Shown: in pieces, positions 46,777 to 57,324 of the stretch
How positions within the stretch are numbered: position 1 is the stretch's first letter
Layout of the letters: each line of letters starts with the position of its first letter
NCBI GenBank assembly: GCA_021825945.1
Contig: JAKAFN010000002.1
Location: 41,915 to 105,914, forward strand
DNA from: Pseudomonadota bacterium
GTDB lineage: Bacteria; Pseudomonadota; Gammaproteobacteria; Burkholderiales; Burkholderiaceae_F
Reading direction: 5' to 3'
Length of the DNA stretch: 64,000 bases
Notes under the pieces: generated by a model
What the model was told of the DNA's origin: nothing
The model's database searches: none
What the model saw: only the letters and a program-made list of their open reading frames with translations
Program-made: the position numbers and the translations under genes

Positions 46777-48228
46777 TCAGCCGAGCTTCCGACGCAGGAT
46801 CTCGTTGACATGCTGCGGGTTGGCCTTGCCGCGCGTGGCTTTCATCGCCTGCCCGACCAGAGCTTGGAAAGCTTTCTGCTTACCCGCGCGGTATTCCTCG
46901 ACGGCAACCGGATGGGCCGCGAGCACCGCATCGACGATGGCTTCGATCGCTCCGGAGTCGGAGATCTGCTTGAGTCCCTTCGCCTCGATGACGGCGTCGG
47001 CCGAGACGCCCTCGCCCGCCCAGAGCAGCGCGAACACGTCCTTGGCTGTCTTCAGGTTGACGGTGCCATCGGCCACGCGCGCGATCAGCGCGGCGACCTC
47101 GGTTGCCGGCACGGGACATCGGTCGATCCCGACCTCGGCCGCATTCAACGCGGCGCACACTTCGCCCATCACCCAGTTCGCAGCAGCCTTCCGGTCGGCA
47201 ACCACAGCGGCCACCTCCTCGAAGTACGCCGCCAGTTCGCGGCTCGCCGTCAGCACCAGCGCGTCCTGTGCCGACAGGCCGTAATCGCGCACGAAACGCT
47301 CGCGCATCGCCCCCGGCAATTCGGGAAGCTGCGCCCGCACGGTTTCCACCCAACCGGCGGCGATCTCCAACGGCAGCAGATCCGGGTCGGGGAAGTAGCG
47401 ATAGTCCATCGCATCCTCCTTCGACCGCATCGCCCGAGTCTCGTCGCGATCGGGATCATAGAGGCGCGTTTCCTGCACCACCGTGCCGCCGTCTTCGATC
47501 CGTTCGATCTGGCGACGCGCTTCGTGGTCGATCGCCTGCTGCAGGAAGCGGAAGCTATTGAGGTTCTTGATTTCGACACGAGTGCCAAAGGTCTCCGAAC
47601 CTGCCGGACGGACCGAGACGTTGGCATCGCAGCGAAAGCTGCCTTCCTGCATGTTTCCGTCGCAGACGCCCAGCCACACCACCAACGCATGCAGCGCCCG
47701 CGCATACGCGACCGCTTCGGCGCTGGAGCGCATCTGCGGTTCGCTCACGATTTCCAACAGCGGTGTGCCGGCGCGGTTGAGATCGATCCCCGACATGCCT
47801 CGGTAGTCCTCGTGCAGCGACTTGCCAGCGTCCTCTTCGAGGTGGGCACGGGTCAGTTGCACGGTCTTCCAATACGGCTCGCCGGTGCGCGGTGTCACCG
47901 AGAACTGCAGCGTCCCGCCCTGCACGACCGGGAGTTCATACTGGCTGATCTGGTAGCCCTTCGGCAGATCGGGGTAGAAATAATTCTTACGCGCGAAGAT
48001 CGAGCGCGGTGCGATGGCTGCCTCGACCGCGATGCCGAAACGGATCGCGCATTCGACCGCGCCGCGATTGAGCACCGGCAGCGTGCCCGGCAGCGCAAGA
48101 TCGATCACGCTCGCCTGCGTGTTGGGCGCGGCGCCGAACGCCGTCGATGCACCGGAAAAGATCTTCGATGCCGTGCGCAGCTGCACATGCGTTTCGAGGC
48201 CGATGACGATTTCCCAGGACGTCGGCAT
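46777..48228 (-). CDS. gatB: Asp/Glu-tRNA amidotransferase subunit B
   Basis: [49 protein letters not shown]. Confidence 0.98.
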   Translation of the reverse strand: MPTSWEIVIGLETHVQLRTASKIFSGASTAFGAAPNTQASVIDLALPGTLPVLNRGAVECAIRFGIAVEAAIAPRSIFARKNYFYPDLPKGYQISQYELPVVQGGTLQFSVTPRTGEPYWKTVQLTRAHLEEDAGKSLHEDYRGMSGIDLNRAGTPLLEIVSEPQMRSSAEAVAYARALHALVVWLGVCDGNMQEGSFRCDANVSVRPAGSETFGTRVEIKNLNSFRFLQQAIDHEARRQIERIEDGGTVVQETRLYDPDRDETRAMRSKEDAMDYRYFPDPDLLPLEIAAGWVETVRAQLPELPGAMRERFVRDYGLSAQDALVLTASRELAAYFEEVAAVVADRKAAANWVMGEVCAALNAAEVGIDRCPVPATEVAALIARVADGTVNLKTAKDVFALLWAGEGVSADAVIEAKGLKQISDSGAIEAIVDAVLAAHPVAVEEYRAGKQKAFQALVGQAMKATRGKANPQHVNEILRRKLG

Positions 48229-48229
48229 G

Positions 48230-49686
48230 TCAGACCCCCGCAGGCACGCGCGCGTGCCAATCCGTCACCTGCTGATAGCGGTGCGCCACGCCCAGCATTC
48301 GCGCTTCGTCGAAATGGTTCGCCATCAATTGCAGGCCGATGGGCCGGCCGGCGCGGCCGAAACCGCAAGGCACGCTCATCGCGGGAATGCCGGCCAGACT
48401 GCCGGGAACGGTGTAGAGGTCGGACAGATACATGGCGACCGGATCGGCGGACTTTTCGCCGAAACCGAAAGCCACGCCCCCGGTGACCGGGCCGGCGATC
48501 ACGTCGCAGGCCGCGAACGCCTGACGGAATTCCTCGGCGATGATGCGTCGGACCTTGGAGGCCTGAAGAAAATAAGCGTCGTAATAGCCATGGGAAAGAA
48601 CGTAGGTGCCCACCAAGATCCGGCGCTTGACCTCGGCGCCGAAGCCTTGTGCGCGGGTTTTGCGCATCATGTCGACCAGATCGCCATATGCTTCCGCGCG
48701 CCGGCCATAGCGCACGCCGTCGTAGCGCGAGAGATTGCTCGACGCCTCGGCCGACGCGACGACGTAGTACACCGGGATACCCAGTGCGGCGCTGGGCAGG
48801 CTCACCTCGACGAGCTGCGCCCCCTGTTGCGCCAGTTCGCCGAGTGCCGTGCGTACGGCCGTCTCGACCTCCGGCTCCAGTCCGTCGGCGAAGAACTCCT
48901 TGGGCACACCGATGCGCAGTCCATCGAGCCCGGTGTGCAGGAAGCGCGTATAGTCCTCCGGCGGTCGATCGATGCTGGTCGAATCCTTGGGGTCGAACAC
49001 CAGCATGGCGTTGAACACCCGTGCGCAGTCTTCGGCCGTCTGGGTCAGCAGCCCTGCCGTATCCAGACTGGAAGCGAACGCGATCATGCCCCAACGCGAC
49101 GGACGTCCGTAGGTTGGCTTGGTGCCGGTGACGCCCGCGAAGGCGGCGGGTTCGCGGATCGACCCGCCCGTATCAGTCGCCGTCGCCACCGGGGTCAGGC
49201 GCGCCGCCACGGCGGCCGAGGATCCACCGGACGATCCGCCCGGAACGGCATCGTGATCCCAGGGATTGCGGACCGGGCCGTAGGCGCTGTTCTCGTTGCT
49301 CGACCCCATCGCAAACTCGTCGCAGTTGAGCTTGCCCAGGGATACCATACCGGCCTGGGCCAGCGCATCGACGACCGTTGCATCGAAAGGGCTGCGATAC
49401 CCCTCCAGCATCCGGCTCGCCGCAGTGGTATTCCAGTCGCGGGTCACGAACACGTCCTTGTGCGCGATCGGGACGCCCAGCAGGGCACCGCGCTCGCCGC
49501 GCGCACGGCGTTCATCGGCGGCGCGCGCCTGCGCCAGGGTGATCTCCGGCCGGACGTCGAGAAAGGCATTCAGCGCACGGTGGCGTTCGATCCGGTCCAG
49601 ATAGCACCGGGCGAGATCGACGGCGGAAATCTCCCGGCGGTCGAGGAGATCCCCCAAATGCGCGAGCGTGAAGTGGGCCAGTTCGG

Positions 49687-49690
<4 letters not shown>
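48230..49690 (-). CDS. gatA: Asp/Glu-tRNA amidotransferase subunit A
   Basis: [53 protein letters not shown]. Confidence 0.98.
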
Positions 49691-51104
<1,414 letters not shown>

Positions 51105-51153
51105 GTCCGGTACCGACTCCGGCAGGAACGCGGCCCCGGCACCGCGAGCGACC

Positions 51154-52128
51154 ATGGAATACGGGCCTCCGCCACTATTCAACCAGGGCATCTCGGCGCG
51201 CGCCCGCCTCGCCTTCTTCTCCCTGCTGTCGATTCTGTTGATCGTCATCGACGCGCGCGTGAAGGTGCTGGATACGATCCGCGACGGACTCGAAACCGTG
51301 CTGTACCCGGTGGAACGGATTCTCCTCTGGCCGCGCGACCGGATCGAAGCGATCGGCAGCGATTTCACGACGATCGACCGGCTGGAAACGGAGAACGCCC
51401 AGTTGCGCGCCGAGGCGACCCAGGAAGCGCTGCAACTCCAGGAAACCGCGCGACTGCGGGCGGAAAATGTCCAGTTGCGCGCATTCGCCGGCCTGCGCAA
51501 AAGCCTGCCGGTGCCGACCCGCCTAGTTACCGTGCTGTATTCGCTGCGGGACCCGTTCTCGCGCAAGGTCATCATCGATGCCGGCGTCCGTGACGGAATC
51601 CACACCGGTGACCCGGTTTTGGACGATACCGGTGTCGTCGGGCAGGTCACGCGCGCCTACCCCATGGCTTCCGAAGTAACTCTGGCCACCGACAAGAACC
51701 AAGCGACCCCGGTCCAGGTGGCGCGCAACGGTCTGCCTGCGGTGGCCTTCGGATCCGCCGAACCGGCGCGGCTCGAATTGCGTTTCCTTCCCGCCAACGC
51801 CGACGTGCGCATCGGCGATCAAGTCGTCACTTCCGGCCTCGGCGGCCTATATCCGAGCGGATTGCCGGTCGGTACGGTCATCCGGGTCGAACACGATGCC
51901 AAGAACGAGTTCGCGCGGATCACGATGACGCCGGCCGCCGGCAAGACGGTGAGCCGCCTGCTGCTCGTGCTGACCGTCCCGCCGCCCCCCCCCTTGCCCA
52001 GCGGCCTCGATCTTCCGGACTCCACGGCCAAGAGCAAGAAGTCGGGCGCCGATCGCCGGCACCATCCCAGACGAAAATCGGGGCACCCCATCGTGCGCCG
52101 ACAGACCACTCGGCAGGAAATGCGATGA
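51154..52128 (+). CDS. mreC: Rod shape-determining protein MreC
   Basis: PPLFNQG, TM helix, coiled coil, GVVGQV, TSGLGGLYPSGLPVG, Pro-rich tail. Confidence 0.95.
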   Translation: MEYGPPPLFNQGISARARLAFFSLLSILLIVIDARVKVLDTIRDGLETVLYPVERILLWPRDRIEAIGSDFTTIDRLETENAQLRAEATQEALQLQETARLRAENVQLRAFAGLRKSLPVPTRLVTVLYSLRDPFSRKVIIDAGVRDGIHTGDPVLDDTGVVGQVTRAYPMASEVTLATDKNQATPVQVARNGLPAVAFGSAEPARLELRFLPANADVRIGDQVVTSGLGGLYPSGLPVGTVIRVEHDAKNEFARITMTPAAGKTVSRLLLVLTVPPPPPLPSGLDLPDSTAKSKKSGADRRHHPRRKSGHPIVRRQTTRQEMR

Positions 52129-52730
52129 AGCGGCGGCGGCTGCAATTCCTGCCGTCATCCGCCCCCTCGCCGCTCGCTCGCGGGGAACGTGTCTCGGCGA
52201 CCACCCTGCGCGGCGCCGCGCGCCGGGAACAAGTGCTGCGGCCGGTACACGCGCCCTTCATCTGGGGAACGCTCGGCGCCGCGTTCCTGCTCGACCTGCT
52301 GCCCTGGGGAAGGGCACTCTGGGTTCCGGATTTCCTCGCACTTGCCCTCGTCTTCTGGAACGTCCATCAACCGCGACGGGTCGGCATGGCCGCCGCCTTC
52401 GCGTTCGGCCTGCTGATGGATGTCCATGACGGCGCGCTGCTGGGTGAGCATGCGCTCGCCTACACGCTGCTCTCCTACGGTGCGATCACGTTCCACCGGA
52501 GAATCCGCTGGTTTTCGGTGATCAACCAATGCGTCTACGTGCTGGGCCTGCTGCTGGTTGCCCAGCTGGCCTCGCTGGCGGTGCGCGTTTGGGTGGGAGG
52601 CGTATCCCGGGACTGGTGGATTTCCCTGTCGGCCAGTCTGTTCGGGGCGGCCCTCTGGCCGCTGGCAACCAAATTCCTGCTCGCCCCGCAACGGCGCCCA
52701 GGAAAACGCGACGACACCCGCCCGTTATAG
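52125..52730 (+). CDS. mreD: Rod shape-determining protein MreD
   Basis: VPDFLALALVFW, GLLMDVH, GEHALAY, APQRRP tail. ATGA overlap with mreC. Confidence 0.93.
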   Translation: MKRRRLQFLPSSAPSPLARGERVSATTLRGAARREQVLRPVHAPFIWGTLGAAFLLDLLPWGRALWVPDFLALALVFWNVHQPRRVGMAAAFAFGLLMDVHDGALLGEHALAYTLLSYGAITFHRRIRWFSVINQCVYVLGLLLVAQLASLAVRVWVGGVSRDWWISLSASLFGAALWPLATKFLLAPQRRPGKRDDTRPL

Positions 52731-52767
52731 CCGGACGCCTGGGTCGGCACCGCGTCGAACCTCGGCA

Positions 52768-53994
52768 TCAGAACTTGTAGAGCCCCTCCAGTGCGAACGA
52801 CACCATGGTGTTATTGCGCGTTCCCGACGACTCCAGGAACACGGCATTGCTGGCATGGTCGCCGCGCACTTCGGCACGCAGTTCGACGTGCTCCGTCTTC
52901 AACCAAGACAGCGTGGCGGTGAACTCGCGGTAGGTCGTCGACTGGCCGGCGTAAGGTTGGGCCGGATCGATACAAGCCCCACCGGACGCACAGCCGGCCG
53001 TGCCCAGGAAATGGAAGCCGTTGCGGTCCTCGAAGTTCTCGCCCCGCAACGCCAATCGCCACTGCGGCGTGAACAGATAGGTGGCATACAGTGCAAAACC
53101 GTCGTACCGCGCCAAGACGGGGGTCGCTCCGGTATAGGCCTGATAATTGTCCTGGCTGACATTCAAATATTCGGCGCCGAAACTCAGCGGATCACTGACG
53201 GTGTAGGTCACCACGGCATCGAAGCTGTTGCGCTCACCATAGGGCCCCTTGGCGTCGGCCTCGGCAGGCGTCGGAACGGCGTTGGCCGTGGACAGCGCCT
53301 GTCCGTTGAGATCGGATAGCGTGATGCTCAACGCCTTCGTCGGCGTGATCACCGTCCCGAACTCGATCGTTTTCGCAGGAGTCGTGGCCGAGACCTGATC
53401 CCAGCCGTTGTTGACGCCGCCGATCCAGGTGATCTCGTCATTTTCGACGTAGGTAAGGCGAACGCCGGTATGGGTGAACGGCACCGCGCCGAAAAGGATC
53501 GAGCGCGACGTATTGTTGTTGGCCGGCGCCCAGATCACCTCGTAGCTTTGCAAGGTGGTGAACTTTCCGGCGATCACCGTGAACGGGCCCGAGGCGTACT
53601 GCCCGTAGGCCTGCGTCACGTCGAACTGATTATTACTTGGGCCGGTGTTGTAGGGGTAGGACGAGAAGATCGACGAATCGGAACCGGCCATCACGTTGAT
53701 CAGGCCACCGAAACCCTCTTTCGGCTGCTTCGCGATCTGTAGCGCCGCCTGGTTCAACGTGAAGGAATTCTGTTGCGTGGTGAATACCCGAACGGCGGAA
53801 GGATTCGTGCGGTCGATATATTTGTACGAACCGTCCAGATAACCGCTGACGGCGATCCCGGACGCACTCAGGATCTTGTCTATCGTTGCCGGGACATCCG
53901 TAGTGGTTGGTCCCGTCTGGTCCTCCGCAAACACCAAGCCCGGCGTGAGCAGCGCAAGCGCCACACTCGCAGCCCGCAGCGTGCGATCAAGCAT
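52768..53994 (-). CDS. Outer-membrane beta-barrel porin (putative BBP2/OmpL-like family), paralog A
   Basis: Signal peptide, AKQPKEGFG, QAYGQY, AGKFTT, THTGVR, NNGWD, C-terminal EGLYKF. Confidence 0.8.
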   Translation of the reverse strand: MLDRTLRAASVALALLTPGLVFAEDQTGPTTTDVPATIDKILSASGIAVSGYLDGSYKYIDRTNPSAVRVFTTQQNSFTLNQAALQIAKQPKEGFGGLINVMAGSDSSIFSSYPYNTGPSNNQFDVTQAYGQYASGPFTVIAGKFTTLQSYEVIWAPANNNTSRSILFGAVPFTHTGVRLTYVENDEITWIGGVNNGWDQVSATTPAKTIEFGTVITPTKALSITLSDLNGQALSTANAVPTPAEADAKGPYGERNSFDAVVTYTVSDPLSFGAEYLNVSQDNYQAYTGATPVLARYDGFALYATYLFTPQWRLALRGENFEDRNGFHFLGTAGCASGGACIDPAQPYAGQSTTYREFTATLSWLKTEHVELRAEVRGDHASNAVFLESSGTRNNTMVSFALEGLYKF

Positions 53995-54221
53995 GTCCCC
54001 TCCATCCCTTTACGTCGATGGTATGCACCCTGGACGTCAACCGCGGGCGCCCATTGCGGCACCAACATGCACTGCGGTGGGAATCGCCGTGTACGACGTC
54101 GCGCCGGAGAAATAGTTATGTGATGTTTCCGGCGGAGGAAATATATACGGGCTTCCCGTAGAAATGGGAGGGGTTGGGAATGAAAAGCGCGCGTCGTTGC
54201 GAAAAAGTTACATTCACGGCA

Positions 54222-54252
54222 ACCGCCCCTTCCGCATGACGGAAAGGGCGGT
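54222..54252 (-). terminator. Hairpin immediately after porin B stop
   Basis: ACCGCCCCTTCCG-CATGA-CGGAAAGGGCGGT, a 13-bp stem with one non-Watson-Crick position. Related in sequence to the 42435 palindrome. Confidence 0.6.
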
Positions 54253-54258
54253 CCAGGT

Positions 54259-55491
54259 TTAGAACTTGTACAGTCCCTCGACGGCGTACGTGGTCAGGGT
54301 CTTGCTGAATCCTCCGGACGCAACCGTGAAGACGGGGTTGGTGGCATGGTCGCCGCGGATTTCGCCGCGCAGCTCGAAGCTGTCGGACTCCAGCCAGGAC
54401 AGCGTCGCCGTGGCTTCCTTGTAGGTGGTATCGGGGGTGCCGAAGTGGAATCCGCTCTGGTCGTTGAAGTTTTCCGCGCGCAGCGCCAAGCGCCATTTCG
54501 GCGTGAACATGTACGTCGCATACAAAGCAAAGCCGTTGTACTTCGCCGTGATCAGATTGTTGCTATAGAGCGGATTCAGATCGGTCGAGCCCGGCATCAA
54601 CTGCGCAAAGTTGCGCTGGTTCACGTTCACGTAGTCCAGGCCCAGGGTCAGCGGGTCGATCGGCGTGTAGTTCACCACCAAGTTGAGGAGGTTGCGATCC
54701 CCGGTCTGCACGACATTGGTCGGACCGTTGAGCATCGTGATGCTCGTGCCCGCCCCACCGCCGACGGCGGAGTTCAGCTTGCCGTTGTAATCCGAAATCG
54801 TGAAGTTCACGGACTTGAGCGGCGCAACGGTGGCCGCCACCTCGACGGTCTTGCCGCCATTGACGCCGCCCGAAACCTGATCCCATCCATTGATGACCCC
54901 ACCGATCAGGGTAACGGCGTCGTTCAACGCATAATTCACACGCACCCCGGTTTCCGTAAACGGCTCGGACGTATAGAGGATCGAGCGGCTGGTGTTGAAG
55001 TTCGATGGCTGCCAGATCACCTCCATTCCGGGGATCGAGGTGAATTTCCCCGCCATCACCGTCACCGGGCCGTGCGCATACTGACCGTATGCCTGCGTGA
55101 GATCGACCTGCTGATAACCGCTACCGGTGGTGTTGAACGGATACGATTCAAAAGCCTTGGCATCGAGACCGGCAGTGACGTTGACCAACCACCCGAAGCC
55201 CTCCTTCGGCTGCTTGGCCACCTGCAGGCCGAACTGATGCAGCGCGAGATTGCTGTTCTGACAGTCCGCCACGCGATCGCAAAAGCCGTTTTGCAGATCG
55301 CGATTGGCGTGGTTGTAGACGACGTCGAAGTAACCGCTGGTCGTGATTCCCGATGCATTCAGAATCTGCGCCATCGTCGGCACCGCCGGCGACGATGATG
55401 ACGACGACGACGTCGCTGTATCCGCCGATGCCATGCCGGGAACCGCAAACACGGCCGCTACGCTCGCCGCAAGCAGCATGCGATGAAACAT
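54259..55491 (-). CDS. Outer-membrane beta-barrel porin (putative BBP2/OmpL-like family), paralog B
   Basis: GGAGG RBS before ATG 55491; signal peptide ending ASA; same conserved blocks as paralog A; ends EGLYKF. Confidence 0.82.
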   Translation of the reverse strand: MFHRMLLAASVAAVFAVPGMASADTATSSSSSSSPAVPTMAQILNASGITTSGYFDVVYNHANRDLQNGFCDRVADCQNSNLALHQFGLQVAKQPKEGFGWLVNVTAGLDAKAFESYPFNTTGSGYQQVDLTQAYGQYAHGPVTVMAGKFTSIPGMEVIWQPSNFNTSRSILYTSEPFTETGVRVNYALNDAVTLIGGVINGWDQVSGGVNGGKTVEVAATVAPLKSVNFTISDYNGKLNSAVGGGAGTSITMLNGPTNVVQTGDRNLLNLVVNYTPIDPLTLGLDYVNVNQRNFAQLMPGSTDLNPLYSNNLITAKYNGFALYATYMFTPKWRLALRAENFNDQSGFHFGTPDTTYKEATATLSWLESDSFELRGEIRGDHATNPVFTVASGGFSKTLTTYAVEGLYKF

Positions 55492-55546
55492 ACACCCCTC
55501 CTTCTGTTCGATAAACGCGGGTTGCAAGAAACACGGACAACCCTTA

Positions 55547-55562
55547 CGCAAGGCTCGTGCCA
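55547..55562 (-). promoter_or_regulatory. Sigma54 (-24/-12) promoter of porin B
   Basis: Minus strand TGGCACGAGCCTTGCG matches TGGCAC-N5-TTGC, about 55 nt upstream of the ATG. Confidence 0.85.
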
Positions 55563-55672
55563 ATCCGATGCGAGCCGAACGAAGCGCGAGGAGGCGTGCC
55601 ACTGGGACACCCTGAACACGGAACCGAAATGAAGGGAAACCGAAAAAGAACGGTCCCACAAAAAACGCACGC

Positions 55673-55723
55673 CGCACCGTCACGGTGCAGCAAAGGAATC
55701 CGTACGTGCCCTACACTAGTGCC
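55673..55723. promoter_or_regulatory. Tandem NtrC-like boxes upstream of the porin B sigma54 promoter
   Basis: CGCACCGTCACGGTGCA (55673-55689, GCAC-N7-GTGC) and weaker TGCCCTACACTAGTGCC (55707-55723). Centres are 34 bp apart, 110-160 bp upstream of -24. Confidence 0.68.
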
Positions 55724-55738
55724 CTGTGACGCCCCTGG

Positions 55739-56065
55739 TCAGCGGACGACCGGCTCGTCATCGCAGGCTTCCTGCCCCGATCTGCCACAAGCCGTATAGC
55801 AGAACCCGGCATCTTCCTTGCACCATTCCGCGTTGTACAACTGGTGCTGCATCACGACATGCCGATGCGGAAGCGTGCTCCGAACGCCGGTACCGCAGCG
55901 CGCGCCGCCGTCGACTCGGACTGCGCCGTTTTCCCCGTTCGGACCCTGCTGCGCGGCGATGGCGACAGGATGCGGCGCACTTGCACAACCGGTCTGCATG
56001 GTCGCGAACATCAGGATCGCGGCGAACTGGCCCATCAATTTTGCTTTACCGCCCACAGCGAACAC
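55739..56065 (-). CDS. Small Cys-rich putative lipoprotein, unknown function
   Basis: AGGAG RBS 6 nt before the GTG. Basic then hydrophobic N-terminus ending MQTGC (weak lipobox, Cys27), with 5 further Cys. 108 aa. Confidence 0.5.
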   Translation of the reverse strand: MFAVGGKAKLMGQFAAILMFATMQTGCASAPHPVAIAAQQGPNGENGAVRVDGGARCGTGVRSTLPHRHVVMQHQLYNAEWCKEDAGFCYTACGRSGQEACDDEPVVR

Positions 56066-56166
56066 GAGACACTCCTATTTGATCGAGACTTGCCTCGCAT
56101 CGAACCCGTTCGGCGTACGCGGAACGAGCATGTTCGCCCGCACGCCGCCCCCGGGCCGACACGAGG

Positions 56167-56192
56167 AAGAAAAACGGCGCAACCCGCGCCGT
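56167..56192 (-). terminator. Intrinsic terminator downstream of the DUF1801 gene
   Basis: Minus strand ACGGCGC-GGGTT-GCGCCGT followed by TTTTCTT. Confidence 0.65.
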
Positions 56193-56331
56193 CTCGATCT
56201 CGAGAACGAAGCGCACCCCGAATCGGTTGACCGCGCCATGGATTTCCTGCCGTCATCACGACGCCGGCAGGGCGCGGAATGGATGACCCGCGAATATGGG
56301 GTCGAGCCCGGATGGAACGGAAACGGCCGCC

Positions 56332-57048
56332 CTACTTTCGGGCGCCGCCGCGTTTCGCGGCAGGACTGCGTTTGGCAGCCGCAGGCCTCTTTTCCGGCCC
56401 GCGCGCCGTGGAATCGGGATCCATCATCGACGATGCCGCGGCCGATTTCGCCGGGGTTTTCGCCAGGGGCTTTTTCACCGTCTTGGCCGTCTTGTCGACC
56501 GGAACCGGAGTCCCGGACTCCGCCGCCGACTTCCGGGACGGCGGCGTGGCGACCGGTCGCACGGTGGTTGCAACCTGCGCGGCCTCTTCCTTGATGGCCC
56601 AGAGCTTGAGCAGGTCGGCCTGGGTCGGCACCGCGCCCTGCTGCACGCGGGTACGTCGGGCCGCCACCGAATCACGGACGATCTTTTCCACCACATCGAG
56701 CGGAAGCCGATTCAAGTCGGAAAACTTCACGAAGCTGCGCACCGTATTGACGCCCGGAAGCGCCTCCTTGTGCTTGACGACGACTTCCCGCTCGGCGATA
56801 TACAGCGACATATGCCGCCGCCCGGACTCCAGCGCAAACAAGGGTCCGTCCAGTTCGTAAAACGCCAGCCCATAGCGCATGCTTTCCCGTACGCCTCGCG
56901 CGGAACGGCGGATCATGCTGCAGACGCGTGCCATGGCCACCCTCCGATCCGGCGGAAGATCGCGTAAGTAGGTGCCCACCGTCATGGCCGGACCGGCCGT
57001 CGCCGCAGTGGATGCTACAGTGGGTGTCGCGTTGGCGGTCGAACTCAT
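56332..57048 (-). CDS. DUF1801 (YdhG-like) domain protein with Lys/Ala/Pro-rich tail
   Basis: TVGTYLRDLP, ESMRYG, HMSLY, VKFSDLNRLPLDVVEKIV; low-complexity AKP C-terminus. Confidence 0.75.
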   Translation of the reverse strand: MSSTANATPTVASTAATAGPAMTVGTYLRDLPPDRRVAMARVCSMIRRSARGVRESMRYGLAFYELDGPLFALESGRRHMSLYIAEREVVVKHKEALPGVNTVRSFVKFSDLNRLPLDVVEKIVRDSVAARRTRVQQGAVPTQADLLKLWAIKEEAAQVATTVRPVATPPSRKSAAESGTPVPVDKTAKTVKKPLAKTPAKSAAASSMMDPDSTARGPEKRPAAAKRSPAAKRGGARK

Positions 57049-57324
57049 GCCTTGCCCCCAGGGTCTCGATCGGAACTCAACTCGCTATTTTAGCGGAGAG
57101 TGCCCGCACGCTTCGTGGAAACCGCCCCGAAACCGGTGCCGAACCGCCGCACATGACCGATCGCACCATAAAGACGGGGGATCATGCCATCGTCCTGCGA
57201 TTTGCAACGCAGGGAAAGTTGATATATTGATCCTCCTGCCCCGATCCTCGGACAACCGGCGATCGGGATCCCGATCCCGTCTTACCGGGATGCGGGAAAT
57301 ATCGACGAATTCCCGAGGCGTTGC

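Noticed and set aside
54000-54220. Possible sigma54/NtrC elements before porin A
   Set aside because: Only a half-site (GCACCAA) and no GG-N10-GC with correct flanks.
57261-57276. 16-bp perfect palindrome GATCGGGATCCCGATC in the DUF1801/STAS divergent gap
   Set aside because: About one 8-bp-arm palindrome is expected by chance in 64 kb, and no second copy or known motif supports it.
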